A DNA stretch of 38,065 nt. It comes from a virus. Taxonomy: Duplodnaviria; Caudoviricetes. The stretch spans positions 1-38,065 of the IMG/VR virus record IMGVR_UViG_3300042567_000178; one strand, written 5' to 3'. The notes under the pieces were generated by a model. It was not told where the DNA came from, did no database searches, and saw only the letters and a list, made by a program, of their open reading frames with translations. A program made the translations under genes and the position numbers. Numbering within the stretch: position 1 is the stretch's first letter; each line of letters starts with the position of its first letter. Below, piece by piece: positions 12,001 to 18,752 of this stretch.

Positions 12001-13270
12001 CAATAATTGGTCTAGTGGCTCGTTGTGCTTGGTCTAGCACTGGGTCTAATCCGTTAGCAGATGCACTTTTTGTAATTACATCCTGATGGAACCATCTATT
12101 ATATCGACTCCACGGGTTACCATCAATATTTGATCTGTTAATAGTGATATAGTCTTTTTTGCCAGCATATGCAGTTGCATTACTAAAAGGCAATGTATCA
12201 AATCCACCGTCATCAAATAAAACAGCAGTTGCTTCTGAATAACCAGTAATAATTTCTAAATCATTTTCAGGTATTAACTTGATTTCAGAGCCAACACCCT
12301 CAACATAAAATGTACCTTTAGAATAGACTGCGGGCGTAACTTCTCCAGAAAAAGTAACTTTCATTCCGTTACTTAATTCTACTCCGCTTGCTAGTCTATA
12401 AGTTTTCTTTTTAATAACTTCTGCTTCAACGTCAATGACTGTATTCTCTGTGATATCAAAAATTTCAAATACGCCACCCGTGTCAGCAGAATTTTCACTT
12501 ACATAATACAACACATTGGGAGAGTTTTCTGGAACTGTGAATGTTATTGTACCTGCTCTTACAGCATTGGCACTAACACCAGTTGTGTATCTAAATAAAT
12601 CTCCTGAAACACGTTGTGTTTTAATACTAAAAGGTTCTTGTAAACTGTCAATCTCAAAATGATATGTTTGACCCCTATATAATTTAAGTGTGGGGTTTCG
12701 AGTTAATCCGTTTGGTGTAAACAAAAATGCTCTGTTATCTTCTTCATCAACGGCTATTACTTTATAAGTGCTAATAACAGCTTTTTGTTGCCCAGGAATA
12801 TTAACAATACTAGGACCATATGGTAACCAATAGTATTGTTGAAAATTAACAAGTTTATCCCAACTTACATGTGGATTCCAACTGTAAAATTCTTGTTCAT
12901 TTAATTTTTTGTGATTTTTAGAAATGCCACCTAATACATCAACAGTATTAACATAGTCAATATAATCTTTAAAAAACGTAACATTGTCCAACTTGTCTTT
13001 TACAACCGCAGATGGTTCTAACTGATAATCTTGTCTATTGGTAGTTACTGCATCAATAAAAACATCAGTACCAGTTACAGCTTTGGCATTTTGTCTACCA
13101 ATGTAGCCATTAAGTTTTTTAACTGTTCCAGACTGTGTTAACTGATCTAATGTGGCTTGAATGAACTTTTTGTTAGACTCTGTTCTATAATATCTAGGAA
13201 GTAATCTTGCTGTTCGACGTTTTTCTCCCTTGTTAGTAGGAAGGCCGTATTCGTTTTGTTCTTCAGCCAT
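20..13270 (-). CDS. Giant (4416 aa) virion structural protein; probable baseplate wedge/tail-fibre-network protein (gp7-position) with FG-GAP-like propeller and carbohydrate-binding-like modules
   Basis: Uninterrupted 13.2-kb ORF coupled to gp6 (TAATG overlap at 13270). Rich in T/N/D/V. Has FG-x-x-(V/L)-A repeats (FGRILA, FGTTLA, YGSKIK, FGYDFD, YGESVA, FGARVQ, YGYAFA), four W-x5-Y-x2-(G/D)-x2-(V/I)-x-Y modules and (V/I)-x3-G-x-GY repeats typical of T4-like structural proteins. Confidence 0.75.
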   Translation of the reverse strand: MAEEQNEYGLPTNKGEKRRTARLLPRYYRTESNKKFIQATLDQLTQSGTVKKLNGYIGRQNAKAVTGTDVFIDAVTTNRQDYQLEPSAVVKDKLDNVTFFKDYIDYVNTVDVLGGISKNHKKLNEQEFYSWNPHVSWDKLVNFQQYYWLPYGPSIVNIPGQQKAVISTYKVIAVDEEDNRAFLFTPNGLTRNPTLKLYRGQTYHFEIDSLQEPFSIKTQRVSGDLFRYTTGVSANAVRAGTITFTVPENSPNVLYYVSENSADTGGVFEIFDITENTVIDVEAEVIKKKTYRLASGVELSNGMKVTFSGEVTPAVYSKGTFYVEGVGSEIKLIPENDLEIITGYSEATAVLFDDGGFDTLPFSNATAYAGKKDYITINRSNIDGNPWSRYNRWFHQDVITKSASANGLDPVLDQAQRATRPIIEFESNLKLFNFGTVKKLDVDLVDNYTQDVFSTIEGSLGYTIDNVPLVQGHRVLFTADTDVLANNRIFKVDFITVHEAGKNPVRQIHLVEETDTDPLTGQTVLVRSGNRNQGKNYWFNGTTWKLAQEKLNVNQSPLFDLYDGDEVSISDITKYPGSTFTGNKIFSYKVGLGTVDSVLGFALTYKNINNIGDIVFNFDLLQNTFSYKEGVNVITSNTDSKFLKVVIDLTTNTFDNGWTKNLISNVQPVIRIFKNIGGTVFPVDVYDDIGQLSDLEVRVYIDGKRLDKSLWTLTDGSKYKQVVLTTPAAVNTVVTLKCFSSQDKNQRGHYEFPINFQNNPLNQNIDTFTLGEAIDHVDSIIDNTATFIGSYPGPGNLRDLGNLSHYGTKFVQHSGPLNVGLYHLTSKNANVIKALKQARDEYGKFKRNFVNLATSLEQTSDVKTFVDNILFEHNKDKSKSTPYYFSDMIGYGAATKTDYTVVDYRIKTYPLTDIFSLDTLSNKAVNVYVNGVQVLYGNDYTFNSTGFVEFTNTYALQDNDIITVYEYESTDGCFIPATPTSIGMWPKYEPKKYLDTTLITPQYVIQGHDGSIVLAYNDYRDDLILDIEKRIFNNIKVNYDPEIFDILDFIPGYNRNTPYSLSEFNQILAPNFYQWTTLIDRDFTKPLTYTPENLFTYNYRKNTAPDGRDIPGYWRGIYSWIFDTDRIHICPWESLGFSIKPTWWETVYGPAPYTSDNLLLWADLKDGITREPNKLIFRNEKFARPILATQVPVDENGALLNPVAANIVQGFINLQGANDDFVFGDLSPVENAWKRSSFYSFSVILAATLMQPNKVLGTCLDRSRIIKNKNNQLVYKETGLRLQLEDLVIPSVPSENVRIQTAGLINYIVDYILSDNLKSLTEYKYDLQYLNNHLSHRLGGFTSKDKLNLILDSKSPSAISGVFVPKENYSIFLNTSSPTKKLNYSGVIVTKVLTRSGIGYEVKGYSQAQPFFYYYPWVQPGNDINVGGISESYTDWTSGQVYIAGNIVQYNNIYYRVKSNHTAQTNFDSSLYQKLAVLPIIGGRNANLRKAWDRVPNIVNYGTTYSSIQEVVDFLQGYGEYLKDQGFVFDDYNTNLKAVASWETSVKEFLFWTTQNWSAGEQKYKEWNQQTEYTADQVVLYNGDFYKSIRDHQTSSVFQATLYIKLDGLSQDGASVITLSPSALGLSMNVPYNVIDDIRDRFNEYEIFKADGLKFDQNFLNYTRENNLFSFSPRVNGVGIYGAGLFLVQKEHVLILDNTTQFNDTIYNAPAGYKQDRIKVSGYKTIDWYGGFDIPGFIFDQAKISNWEPWVDYNLGDIVKYKEFYYSAEKFLPGVEEFNSSNWVKLANKPTSELLPNWDYKAEQFTDFYDLESDNFDSQQQKIAQHLIGYQKRQYLENIIKNDVSEYKFFQGMLPEKGSVNVLNKLFDVLSANDAESIDFNEEWAVRVGQYGGADAFDEIEISLNEQLFKTNPQAFELVNVVDQTLVDFVIRQTPNQIYVKPSGYNNSPWPVNKLFTPYLRTPGFVKYEQVSINVDSLSNVIGKDITTFTEGDYVWCAFQDRSWQVYRFTKAEFFAEDISYSNKVLTLDFDRIPDLAVGDIIGIVNSSQIQGFHKISSLELSVATIDIEIKEWKTPFQDSAQVLFYKFASQRAPSIDSNFNLPKTLKTNELLWTDDNGAGKNAVWQNSPVYEKKTLADTFAETAEKFGRILATNTSASVLLTSTDNNEVYVYKTSLVSTTGWVKSQTLANSTITGFGTTLAVSPDGKWIAIASPTHNSSQGIVLMYSVDVNGNYQYVSTLTSPNAGNSQQYGSKIKIASTSIGYRMIVSQPAYNSSQGRLYSYTGTASAWTLEGAVETVTTVGDNFGYDFDITPDSSTLVVSAPNANAYAGKVYVYNHTSSLYELAQTLTSGATDPERYGESVAVTTSGDTIAIGSILYDGTQADQGLVRLYKLAVGTYTADQLIKNRNPETAEAFGARVQFINNDKSLVIFSTLGDSITTTSFDTNSTLFDSGSTRIATVNKDIGRFDVYDKYNTQFLFAESLPLNNASTDKYGYAFAAGNNTIITSAPFATYNSIKSGLIYTYVKAEDSYSWQQIQVEADVVDLRKIKKVFLYNKKTNALVTYLDVIDPVQGKIAGIAEQEIKFKTYYDPATYSVGTDTVNVDDGMSWTSNQVGMLWWNMTKAKFLDSYIGDVVYKNSTWNTLYDSASIDIYEWVESKLTPAEWDKQADTEAGITLGISGTSLYGNSVYSVKKRYDTISKAFKNTYYFWVKNKTIVPNVIDRAISAKDVANLISDPKSYGHKFIEFTSANSFSLVNIETLLQNSDIVLAVQYWLVDSDDLNIHTEWKLISEHPNTVIPSAIEKKWIDSLVGADDNNRVVPDFNLPVKQKYGIQFRPRQSMFVNRLEALKQYIERLNSELSHVLIADSADLTDFNSYEEPPSTIMGSYDFVVDTYEELRLINTGAVIKASATPVIVNGRIVDVVITNAGAGYVYAPEINISGSGTGAHIKTTINDTGSITGVTIVNSGNNYSNSTTLSIRPLSVLVKSDSNALNRWSIYAYDISSSVWSRTKSQAYNVQDFWDYIDWYDTGYNQFSKIDHVVDGTYQLFSLSTSIGQTVKVKTVGSAGWMLLEKYANVDSIDYTQSYKVIGRQNGTIEISNKFYQFSSTSSGFDGPLYDADPFDNSGASELKIILNAVKNKILIDDLKPVYLQLFFASLRYALSEQTFVDWAFKTSFVKAMHNVGKLEQRVTYANDNLQDFEKYIAEVKPYRTKIREYVSSYNTIDNTQTMVSDFDIPAVGRGNTTQPLPVKLMNGEIQFVDSEITEYPWKNWLDNVGFKIQTIEVVDGGSGYISKPVVSITGAASKTATARAYIANGKVIKVDVVTSGAGYLTAPTIELVGGTNVDGVQARAIAVIKNDLVRSNLIKIKFDRTTQNYFITELDVTEQFAGTGSKLQWALKWSPDLTTGKTIVTINGQEALRDTYSVTSKKSTSRGYTSYSGLLTFTSSPASGDVIVIKYIKDFNYLNAADRINFYYNPETGQLGKDLTQLMTGIDYGGVNIVGLDFKSSAGWDVLPWFNDVWDGFDPTFDDYIITVGDSTYSYDLPYTPTVGQQINVYVNGVRIDDLYYGLYDGSTEQPNGRFVAPENAIMRTFVGDGVNNIITLPNLTDIQTLDINDGDQVIFRKSTSDGANTPSALDYDTALSGGNLAYSTATGLAAEDIIVDGDGFVTPSTSPAPEEVVPGQITDALAVKVFQRPTNGSADVKSNNYVADGITTSFALGQTPNTSSAVVVKVNNQITTDFTIDYDLQTVKFATAPTNKAIVSVTSFGYNGTDILDLDYFIGDGSSIEFITTAPWTETLSSLVVVSGALENYNLFRTDATYDSVDRVGIRFGSAPTAGQIINYLISNTDVTQYSLAAKETFVTDGINSTYLLNNSIGDAFPQEPNVIVRTGNTILASPNYTYFTLANNVLSYTIPSYKYRSSLTIDSFKIYLAGYEISIMTDYTIDLSTGTVTLNELSYSEGKLLVIGIVDTADYFIDTDSTQPSIVFTSTPASNLTYEITSFSNHNILDIQRSESEISLDVSVVQNSVDYFKYNEIVGGTLELNRETRTADHVWVIKNNTLLTHSIDYKLNPNKTSIKLAVDPVLNDNFVILTFASQVVESKIGYMQFKDMLNRTHYKRLAKDKQTLLINDLNYYDSTIVVADGAVLAEPNRSRNLPGILYVNGERIEYYLKDGNTLTQLRRGTLGTGTPSKHPAGEFVLDIGISETIPYNDDVLIETYLHDGSSNIIPLPYMPNPTAGTINDGSTAYTTWMRDTIPAQYGQCDEIDVFVGGWNILGNWTDATAYSIGDIIMYGSYTYKCVTAHTSSTSFTADKTKWKFFVGNQRLKKHPYSVHNVDNHYESTEADVNFEADFSVNGTTAGVRLTNDLTAGTKVIVTKKIGRVWNDIGKSLTESDNKIANFLKEKTTIWPR

Positions 13271-16200
13271 TAATAACTCCCGCTTGTACTTGTAATAGTT
13301 TGCTGTGACGATATTGTTGGTGTTGTAGACACAGTTCCTGTTGCTGATATATTACTTGAAGTAATACCAGCAATAATTTCAATATCATCAGTTGTTGCTC
13401 CGTTTATAAACACTTGATCTGATTCAGATCTAATTTCAAACAAGCTACCAAAACTTAAATTGCTCTGTCTAGGAACAATTAAAAAATTAACCAAGTAAGG
13501 TGCAGTACGGTTCATAACATATGCAGACAATTCAGAGAAGTAAAAACTGTCGCCAAACTCCCAATTTTCTAAAGCAAAAAATTCATTAATTGCTGACAGT
13601 ACTCGTGATTTAATATCATTATCACTGATTGGTTGTTCTGTATTTTTTATAATTTTAAATGATGCTCTCACGTCTATGGATGCCTTTGCGCCAAATAATA
13701 CTTTGTATTTTACTGGGTGATAAACAATTTCATCACTAATTGCTTTGATTGGTGCCAGTAAAGGTGCCAAACTCAGTGACAGTTGATCTGAACTTGATGG
13801 TAAAGGCTCAGTTGTTAAATTGCCGCTGATCCATTGTCTAAAAGATGTGTCATATTCTTTTGTTAATACAAATAAATCAATAATGTTGCTTAGTCCTGGA
13901 TCAATTCTTGTTTCATAATCTGCACTATGCACATATTGAAATTTGATATTGTCTCTTCCTTGGAATACTTTATATGCAATTGATACATCTAATGTAGACG
14001 AAGATTTATTCAGTTGTTTAACAACGTTGGTATCTATAAAATAAAAATATTGGCCGTTTGTATATTGTGATAAACTGCCTATTGCTGTTTCTGTTGCAAA
14101 TATTTTGACCTTGTCGTCATCGTTGGACACGTAACGATATTCCTGTTGACCAGTTGTAATGTCATATCTTTCTAAAACTATATATTTTGTCAAAGGTGCT
14201 GTTGTTGTAGCAACAATTGATTCAAACACTTCAGGATCATCAACAATTCCATCATCATTACTGTCACTAAATGCTAGTTCAATTTTTTTAGTATCAACAT
14301 ATCCATCTAATCCAACAAATTCTTTGTTTATTTCCCATGTTAAGTCGTAAGTAAACGAAGATGTTGCATCAGGTTTGGTATTGATACTGAGTACTTTAAT
14401 TTTGTCTTTTACAATGCTGTTTGATCTACTGTCATAAATTTTGTTAGATGAATCGTAATAAAATCTAATTTGTTGATCACTCTCAAATATATAACGCAAC
14501 CGTCTGCTGGTAACTGTATAAAACTCAGTGTCTGTTGTAAACAATAACAGCCAACTAGAATCCAACTTTTGATTTGTATTATCACCTTGCTTACCTAAAC
14601 TAAACAAGTCTTTAATGTTCAAGTTGCCTTCAAAAATAATTTTCCAAGTTTTTGTTATAATGTCGTAGCGTAATCCAAACGGCTTGTTTGCAAAAATCAA
14701 CTCAATCATTGAGCTAATAACATTGGCATCAATGGTTGTGCGCCATTTGGGAATAATCTGAGATACAATGGCAGTTTCTGGCACTACTACATTTAAAATA
14801 ATAGGACCACTGCCGTCATCTAATACGCCTGTACCATTGTTTGTTCCGTCACCAACTACGCTTACAACTTTTGCCCATATGGTTTTTGTGAGATTAGCAG
14901 ACTCAATGGTTGTAGTTATTAGAGCATTATTATTGGCTCGATCAAAATATTTGCCAGTTGGGGCTTGGAATTTTACCAATGATCCTGCTTCAAAATATTG
15001 AAGATCAGTTGCCGCAAACGTGCCTGTACGATATGCAGTAGCGTCCGTTGCATCTCCAACATATCCAGTACTTTCACTTGTATCCGAGGTCTTTTTAAAC
15101 CAAACAATATTCAAACTATCTGTTGCAATTTTAATAAATTTAGAATAGTAATAGTTTCTTAGTGTTGTGTCTTTTAAAATGTCAATAATTTTATTGTAAA
15201 TTACACCTTCAATGTCAGTTCTTGACAAATAGTTGAATCTAAAACTGTCTGAGTATTCTTCTTTATAAACAGCACCATCATCACCAAACAAGTTAGTGCT
15301 GGAATATTTTCCTGTAGGATCAACAAGGTCAAAATAGCGACTGATGCCACTGCTTGTTCTGTTGACAGCTTTAATTTTTACAACTTCTTGACTTACGCCT
15401 AGGGGACTAATATTGTAGTCCTCTCCAGTAATCATTCTATTTTGTGTGTAATAAGTTGCTGGAGCATTTTGTTTAATGCTTATATTGCTTTCTGTTGCTG
15501 AACTGTTTGATACAGAAGTTTGCAATGCCATTGTGATTGTTAAAACTTCTGCTTGACCGACATTAGACAAGTACGGAATATCAATGCTTACATTTCTAAC
15601 GTCTTTAGGATTAATTGTATATGATAACCCATTGCTTACCCTATAGTAAGTTCTAAATGTTCCCAAAGGCAATGTACCAAATGTCCCGTCACTAAACGTT
15701 AAACTAACACGATCATTAGTACGTGTTATAACGCCGTAGATATTTTTAATGTCCTTTTTAAGACTATTATAAATTATGTTATTACCTTCAAAACTTGGGA
15801 CTTTTGCCCATAGTTCACTTTCAACGCCAGTAGAGCCTAATCTATAAAGCCATACATCATCATCGTTAATGTTGTTTGCATCAATGTCAATAATCTCATT
15901 TGTGCTGGGCTGTGTAATTGTAAATGTGCCAGTGTTTAAATTGCCTTGTTTAAAGTGAAGGAAGAACCCGCTTGTTGGGCTGGCTGCTCCGCGGCCATCA
16001 TCTCTATACAAAAATGATAAGTTTTTGCCTGCTTGCGGCGAGTCTTCAACTATTACACTTGAATCTTCAATAACTGTACTGACTATTTCAAAATTCATGT
16101 TTCTGCCGTCAACAGTTTTTGTAAATCCGTAAACAGGAACACCTGAATTGTAAGTTTGAAATCTATATTGTTCTGTTGGAATTCCGTAAACTGATGCTTT

Positions 16201-16725
16201 GTCGTCAGGACTTCCAAATTGTCTAGATGCTGGTAGTGAAGAATTGATTACTTTGATAAACTGATCATACCAGTTGCTGTTTGCAGGATCATTCCACACA
16301 ACCACTTGACCAGCTAGATTTCTTCCGTTGCTGTCAATAACAGTTTGTGTTGTTGAAACGCTTTGAAACTTCAATAACCCGTTAGCGGATTTATTACGTT
16401 TGGCATTGTAACTTAATAAACGTGCCAAACGTAATACACTTTCACGACGCTCTGCTAGCTCTAAAAAGTTTTCACGGGCATTTAAATCAACGCGGAAAGC
16501 TATGCTTTGGCCCAAGAAAGCAATCATGTCTATTAGGGCAAGGTATTCGCTTGATTCAATATAATCGTTATAATCTTCTGGGTAATTTTCACGCAAATAA
16601 CTAATCATTACCCTACGTAAATTCTCAAAGTCGTAGCTTTGGAAATCAGCGTTGCGGAAACTTTGGTATATACGTTTCCAATCTTCTGCTACTAGTAATC
16701 TATTTTGTCTATCAGTTGAGGACAT
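13270..16725 (-). CDS. gp6: Baseplate wedge subunit, gp6-like (extended, 1151 aa)
   Basis: N-terminal DFENLR..MISYLR..YPE.YNDYIESSE...LIDMIAF...FRVDLNARENFLELAERRESVLRLARLLSY and internal 'IKQNAPATYYTQNRMITGEDY' match gp6/baseplate-J-type motifs. Lies downstream of gp25. Confidence 0.85.
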   Translation of the reverse strand: MSSTDRQNRLLVAEDWKRIYQSFRNADFQSYDFENLRRVMISYLRENYPEDYNDYIESSEYLALIDMIAFLGQSIAFRVDLNARENFLELAERRESVLRLARLLSYNAKRNKSANGLLKFQSVSTTQTVIDSNGRNLAGQVVVWNDPANSNWYDQFIKVINSSLPASRQFGSPDDKASVYGIPTEQYRFQTYNSGVPVYGFTKTVDGRNMNFEIVSTVIEDSSVIVEDSPQAGKNLSFLYRDDGRGAASPTSGFFLHFKQGNLNTGTFTITQPSTNEIIDIDANNINDDDVWLYRLGSTGVESELWAKVPSFEGNNIIYNSLKKDIKNIYGVITRTNDRVSLTFSDGTFGTLPLGTFRTYYRVSNGLSYTINPKDVRNVSIDIPYLSNVGQAEVLTITMALQTSVSNSSATESNISIKQNAPATYYTQNRMITGEDYNISPLGVSQEVVKIKAVNRTSSGISRYFDLVDPTGKYSSTNLFGDDGAVYKEEYSDSFRFNYLSRTDIEGVIYNKIIDILKDTTLRNYYYSKFIKIATDSLNIVWFKKTSDTSESTGYVGDATDATAYRTGTFAATDLQYFEAGSLVKFQAPTGKYFDRANNNALITTTIESANLTKTIWAKVVSVVGDGTNNGTGVLDDGSGPIILNVVVPETAIVSQIIPKWRTTIDANVISSMIELIFANKPFGLRYDIITKTWKIIFEGNLNIKDLFSLGKQGDNTNQKLDSSWLLLFTTDTEFYTVTSRRLRYIFESDQQIRFYYDSSNKIYDSRSNSIVKDKIKVLSINTKPDATSSFTYDLTWEINKEFVGLDGYVDTKKIELAFSDSNDDGIVDDPEVFESIVATTTAPLTKYIVLERYDITTGQQEYRYVSNDDDKVKIFATETAIGSLSQYTNGQYFYFIDTNVVKQLNKSSSTLDVSIAYKVFQGRDNIKFQYVHSADYETRIDPGLSNIIDLFVLTKEYDTSFRQWISGNLTTEPLPSSSDQLSLSLAPLLAPIKAISDEIVYHPVKYKVLFGAKASIDVRASFKIIKNTEQPISDNDIKSRVLSAINEFFALENWEFGDSFYFSELSAYVMNRTAPYLVNFLIVPRQSNLSFGSLFEIRSESDQVFINGATTDDIEIIAGITSSNISATGTVSTTPTISSQQTITSTSGSY

Positions 16726-16746
16726 ATCCGCTTCCTATATCATGTA

Positions 16747-16772
16747 TATTTAGCGGAATTTATAATGTGCGT
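16747..16772 (-). promoter_or_regulatory. Late promoter upstream of gp6 (ACGCACATTA-N10-TAAATA)
   Basis: Minus-strand GCTAAATA at 16747-54 in the gp25-gp6 gap. The upstream 10-mer is shared with the site at 22458-22483. Confidence 0.6.
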
Positions 16773-16774
16773 GT

Positions 16775-17218
16775 TTAATTAACCAATCCCGCGGCTTGGT
16801 CAAATCTAAATCTTAAACTTTCAGAAATGTTGTACGGCATGTAGGTTAGCGTACATTCTATTTGGATTCCGCTGTCATATGTTGTGAGGATAATTTCATC
16901 AGCACGTACCCTAGGGTCATAGTTAATGATATCTTCAACGTTTTTTATAATTGCACTTTTGAGTTCTTCCGTCAAAGGTTCAAACAACAAGTCCCAAATA
17001 ATAGTTCCAAATTCAGGATTTTGTAGTCGTTCGCCCTGTCTAACATGAAAGTGATTTAAAATGTCCTGTTTAATTAACGCTAGATCATATAGAGTATAGC
17101 TTTCGCTGTCAGCACTAATTGTGCTAAACCCTCTATAAGTCCTTGGTAAAGGAGCTGAACTTTTAGGAGTTTTACCTTTAATTGAAATCTTATCGTATAA
17201 TCGTTGACTTAGTGCCAT
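16775..17218 (-). CDS. gp25: Baseplate wedge subunit gp25-like (sheath initiator)
   Basis: 'LIKQDILNHFHVRQGERLQNPEFGTIIWDLLFEPL...IINYDPRV' is the GPW/gp25 family signature. Confidence 0.92.
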   Translation of the reverse strand: MALSQRLYDKISIKGKTPKSSAPLPRTYRGFSTISADSESYTLYDLALIKQDILNHFHVRQGERLQNPEFGTIIWDLLFEPLTEELKSAIIKNVEDIINYDPRVRADEIILTTYDSGIQIECTLTYMPYNISESLRFRFDQAAGLVN

Positions 17219-17222
17219 CTAA

Positions 17223-17230
17223 TATTTACT
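17223..17230 (-). promoter_or_regulatory. Possible late promoter (AGTAAATA) before gp25
   Basis: TAAATA built on the gp5 stop codon, 4 nt before the gp25 ATG. Confidence 0.4.
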
Positions 17231-18752
17231 CCTCTGAACCTTTAATTTTAGCAAAGGTATCTGTTGTTGTACTGTATTCTTTCCAACCTGCTGGTACCGC
17301 AATATCACTGCCTGCTTCCCTATCAGTCATTTCAGGTTTAAAACTTAGTGGATCTAAATTCTCATGATGCGGCCATGGTTCATGACCTGGTATACGCAAC
17401 ATTATACTGTCAATTGTTTCTCCCACATTGTCTGGATTGGCAAACGTAGTCAATGCTTCTGCAACTTCTGCTTCTGCGGCCGCTGGACCATTCATATGCA
17501 CTTGGGCCGCAGTTTCTAAATGATTACCACCTGACTTGATATTAGTACTGCCGCCAGCTGTAAATTTATTATCGCCAGTGGTGTTCATGTTAATATCGCC
17601 AGTGGTAGTTATGCTACCATTTTCACCTATTATTAAATTGAAATTTGTACCCACTTCTGTTTGAAATCTTTCAGCAGATTTAATATTGACATTCCTACCA
17701 GCTTCAAAGTTGATATCTCTATCTGCATAGAAATTCATATCTTGTTTGGTGTGTACGCTGACACTGTCTTCAGCGTAGATGTCAATTTTGCCATCACTGC
17801 TTAGTTCTATCCAACTTGTTCCACGAGCATTGCCAATATAAATTAAATCCTCACTGTTGTGAAATAAGATTTGATGCCCTGTACGTGTACGTATTCTCAC
17901 AAGTTCATTATGAGGTATTGTTACATCGCCATCAGTTTCATCTTGTTCAACGCTGGCATATTCTGGTGGACCTTCACTGGCTGTAGTTTTACGTACATAT
18001 TTGTCGTCACCGTCATCCATTACAAATGTAGTACCACCTAATCTACTTACAAATGCTCCAGATATTTGATGTTCAGCTTTGCCAACTTTGCCTTTTTTGG
18101 CGCCTTCTTGTTTGTCAATTGGACCAGGTGTGCTGATACCAAATACGCTACTGGGTGTTTCTCTTCTGGCACTACTGGAAGTTATGCCTCGGATATCATC
18201 TTTTAAAAGACCCTGTTCACTTAATATTGCTGTAAAAGGATGTTGCGGTTTTTTATTTTTTGTACTGTCTGAATTGCCTACATCAACAACTCGCTTGTTG
18301 TATTCTGCAACAGGAACACGTTCTTCATCACCTTCAATATTAAAAGATGTGGCTGCTAGGCCAGGTGTCATGAAGTTTATGTTGTCATCTTGTACACATC
18401 CTATCCAATAACCGTATCTAGGATCACTGTCAATAAAAAACACAATTACAGTACTGCCAACATCTGGCGGCACTGCCCACCATCCATAACTTTTTTGTGT
18501 GTTGTTATATCTAGAAGATTCGTCTGTTTCGTCATCTGTTACATAGTCAACAGATGTTGATCCAGCAAATGGGCTCATGTATTTTACAACATGCAATTGC
18601 CCTTCTTTACCGGGATCACTACCAACTTCGTGTAGAAGCTGAACTTCTAATGCACCCATGTAATTTGGATCCAAGTGGCTCACGACTTTTGCAAGGAAAG
18701 GGCCAGGGCTACTGTTACCTGATCCCGTTGCTACTCTGGTTTCTTCTGCCAT
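17226..18752 (-). CDS. gp5: Baseplate central spike, gp5/VgrG-like (OB-fold plus beta-helix, no evident lysozyme domain)
   Basis: OB-fold motifs 'AKVVSHLDPNYMGALEV' and 'SYGWWAVPPDVGSTVIVFF...GYWIGCV'. Also 'RIRTRTGHQILFHNSE' and short beta-strand repeats at the C-terminus. Upstream of gp25. Confidence 0.85.
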   Translation of the reverse strand: MAEETRVATGSGNSSPGPFLAKVVSHLDPNYMGALEVQLLHEVGSDPGKEGQLHVVKYMSPFAGSTSVDYVTDDETDESSRYNNTQKSYGWWAVPPDVGSTVIVFFIDSDPRYGYWIGCVQDDNINFMTPGLAATSFNIEGDEERVPVAEYNKRVVDVGNSDSTKNKKPQHPFTAILSEQGLLKDDIRGITSSSARRETPSSVFGISTPGPIDKQEGAKKGKVGKAEHQISGAFVSRLGGTTFVMDDGDDKYVRKTTASEGPPEYASVEQDETDGDVTIPHNELVRIRTRTGHQILFHNSEDLIYIGNARGTSWIELSSDGKIDIYAEDSVSVHTKQDMNFYADRDINFEAGRNVNIKSAERFQTEVGTNFNLIIGENGSITTTGDINMNTTGDNKFTAGGSTNIKSGGNHLETAAQVHMNGPAAAEAEVAEALTTFANPDNVGETIDSIMLRIPGHEPWPHHENLDPLSFKPEMTDREAGSDIAVPAGWKEYSTTTDTFAKIKGSEE

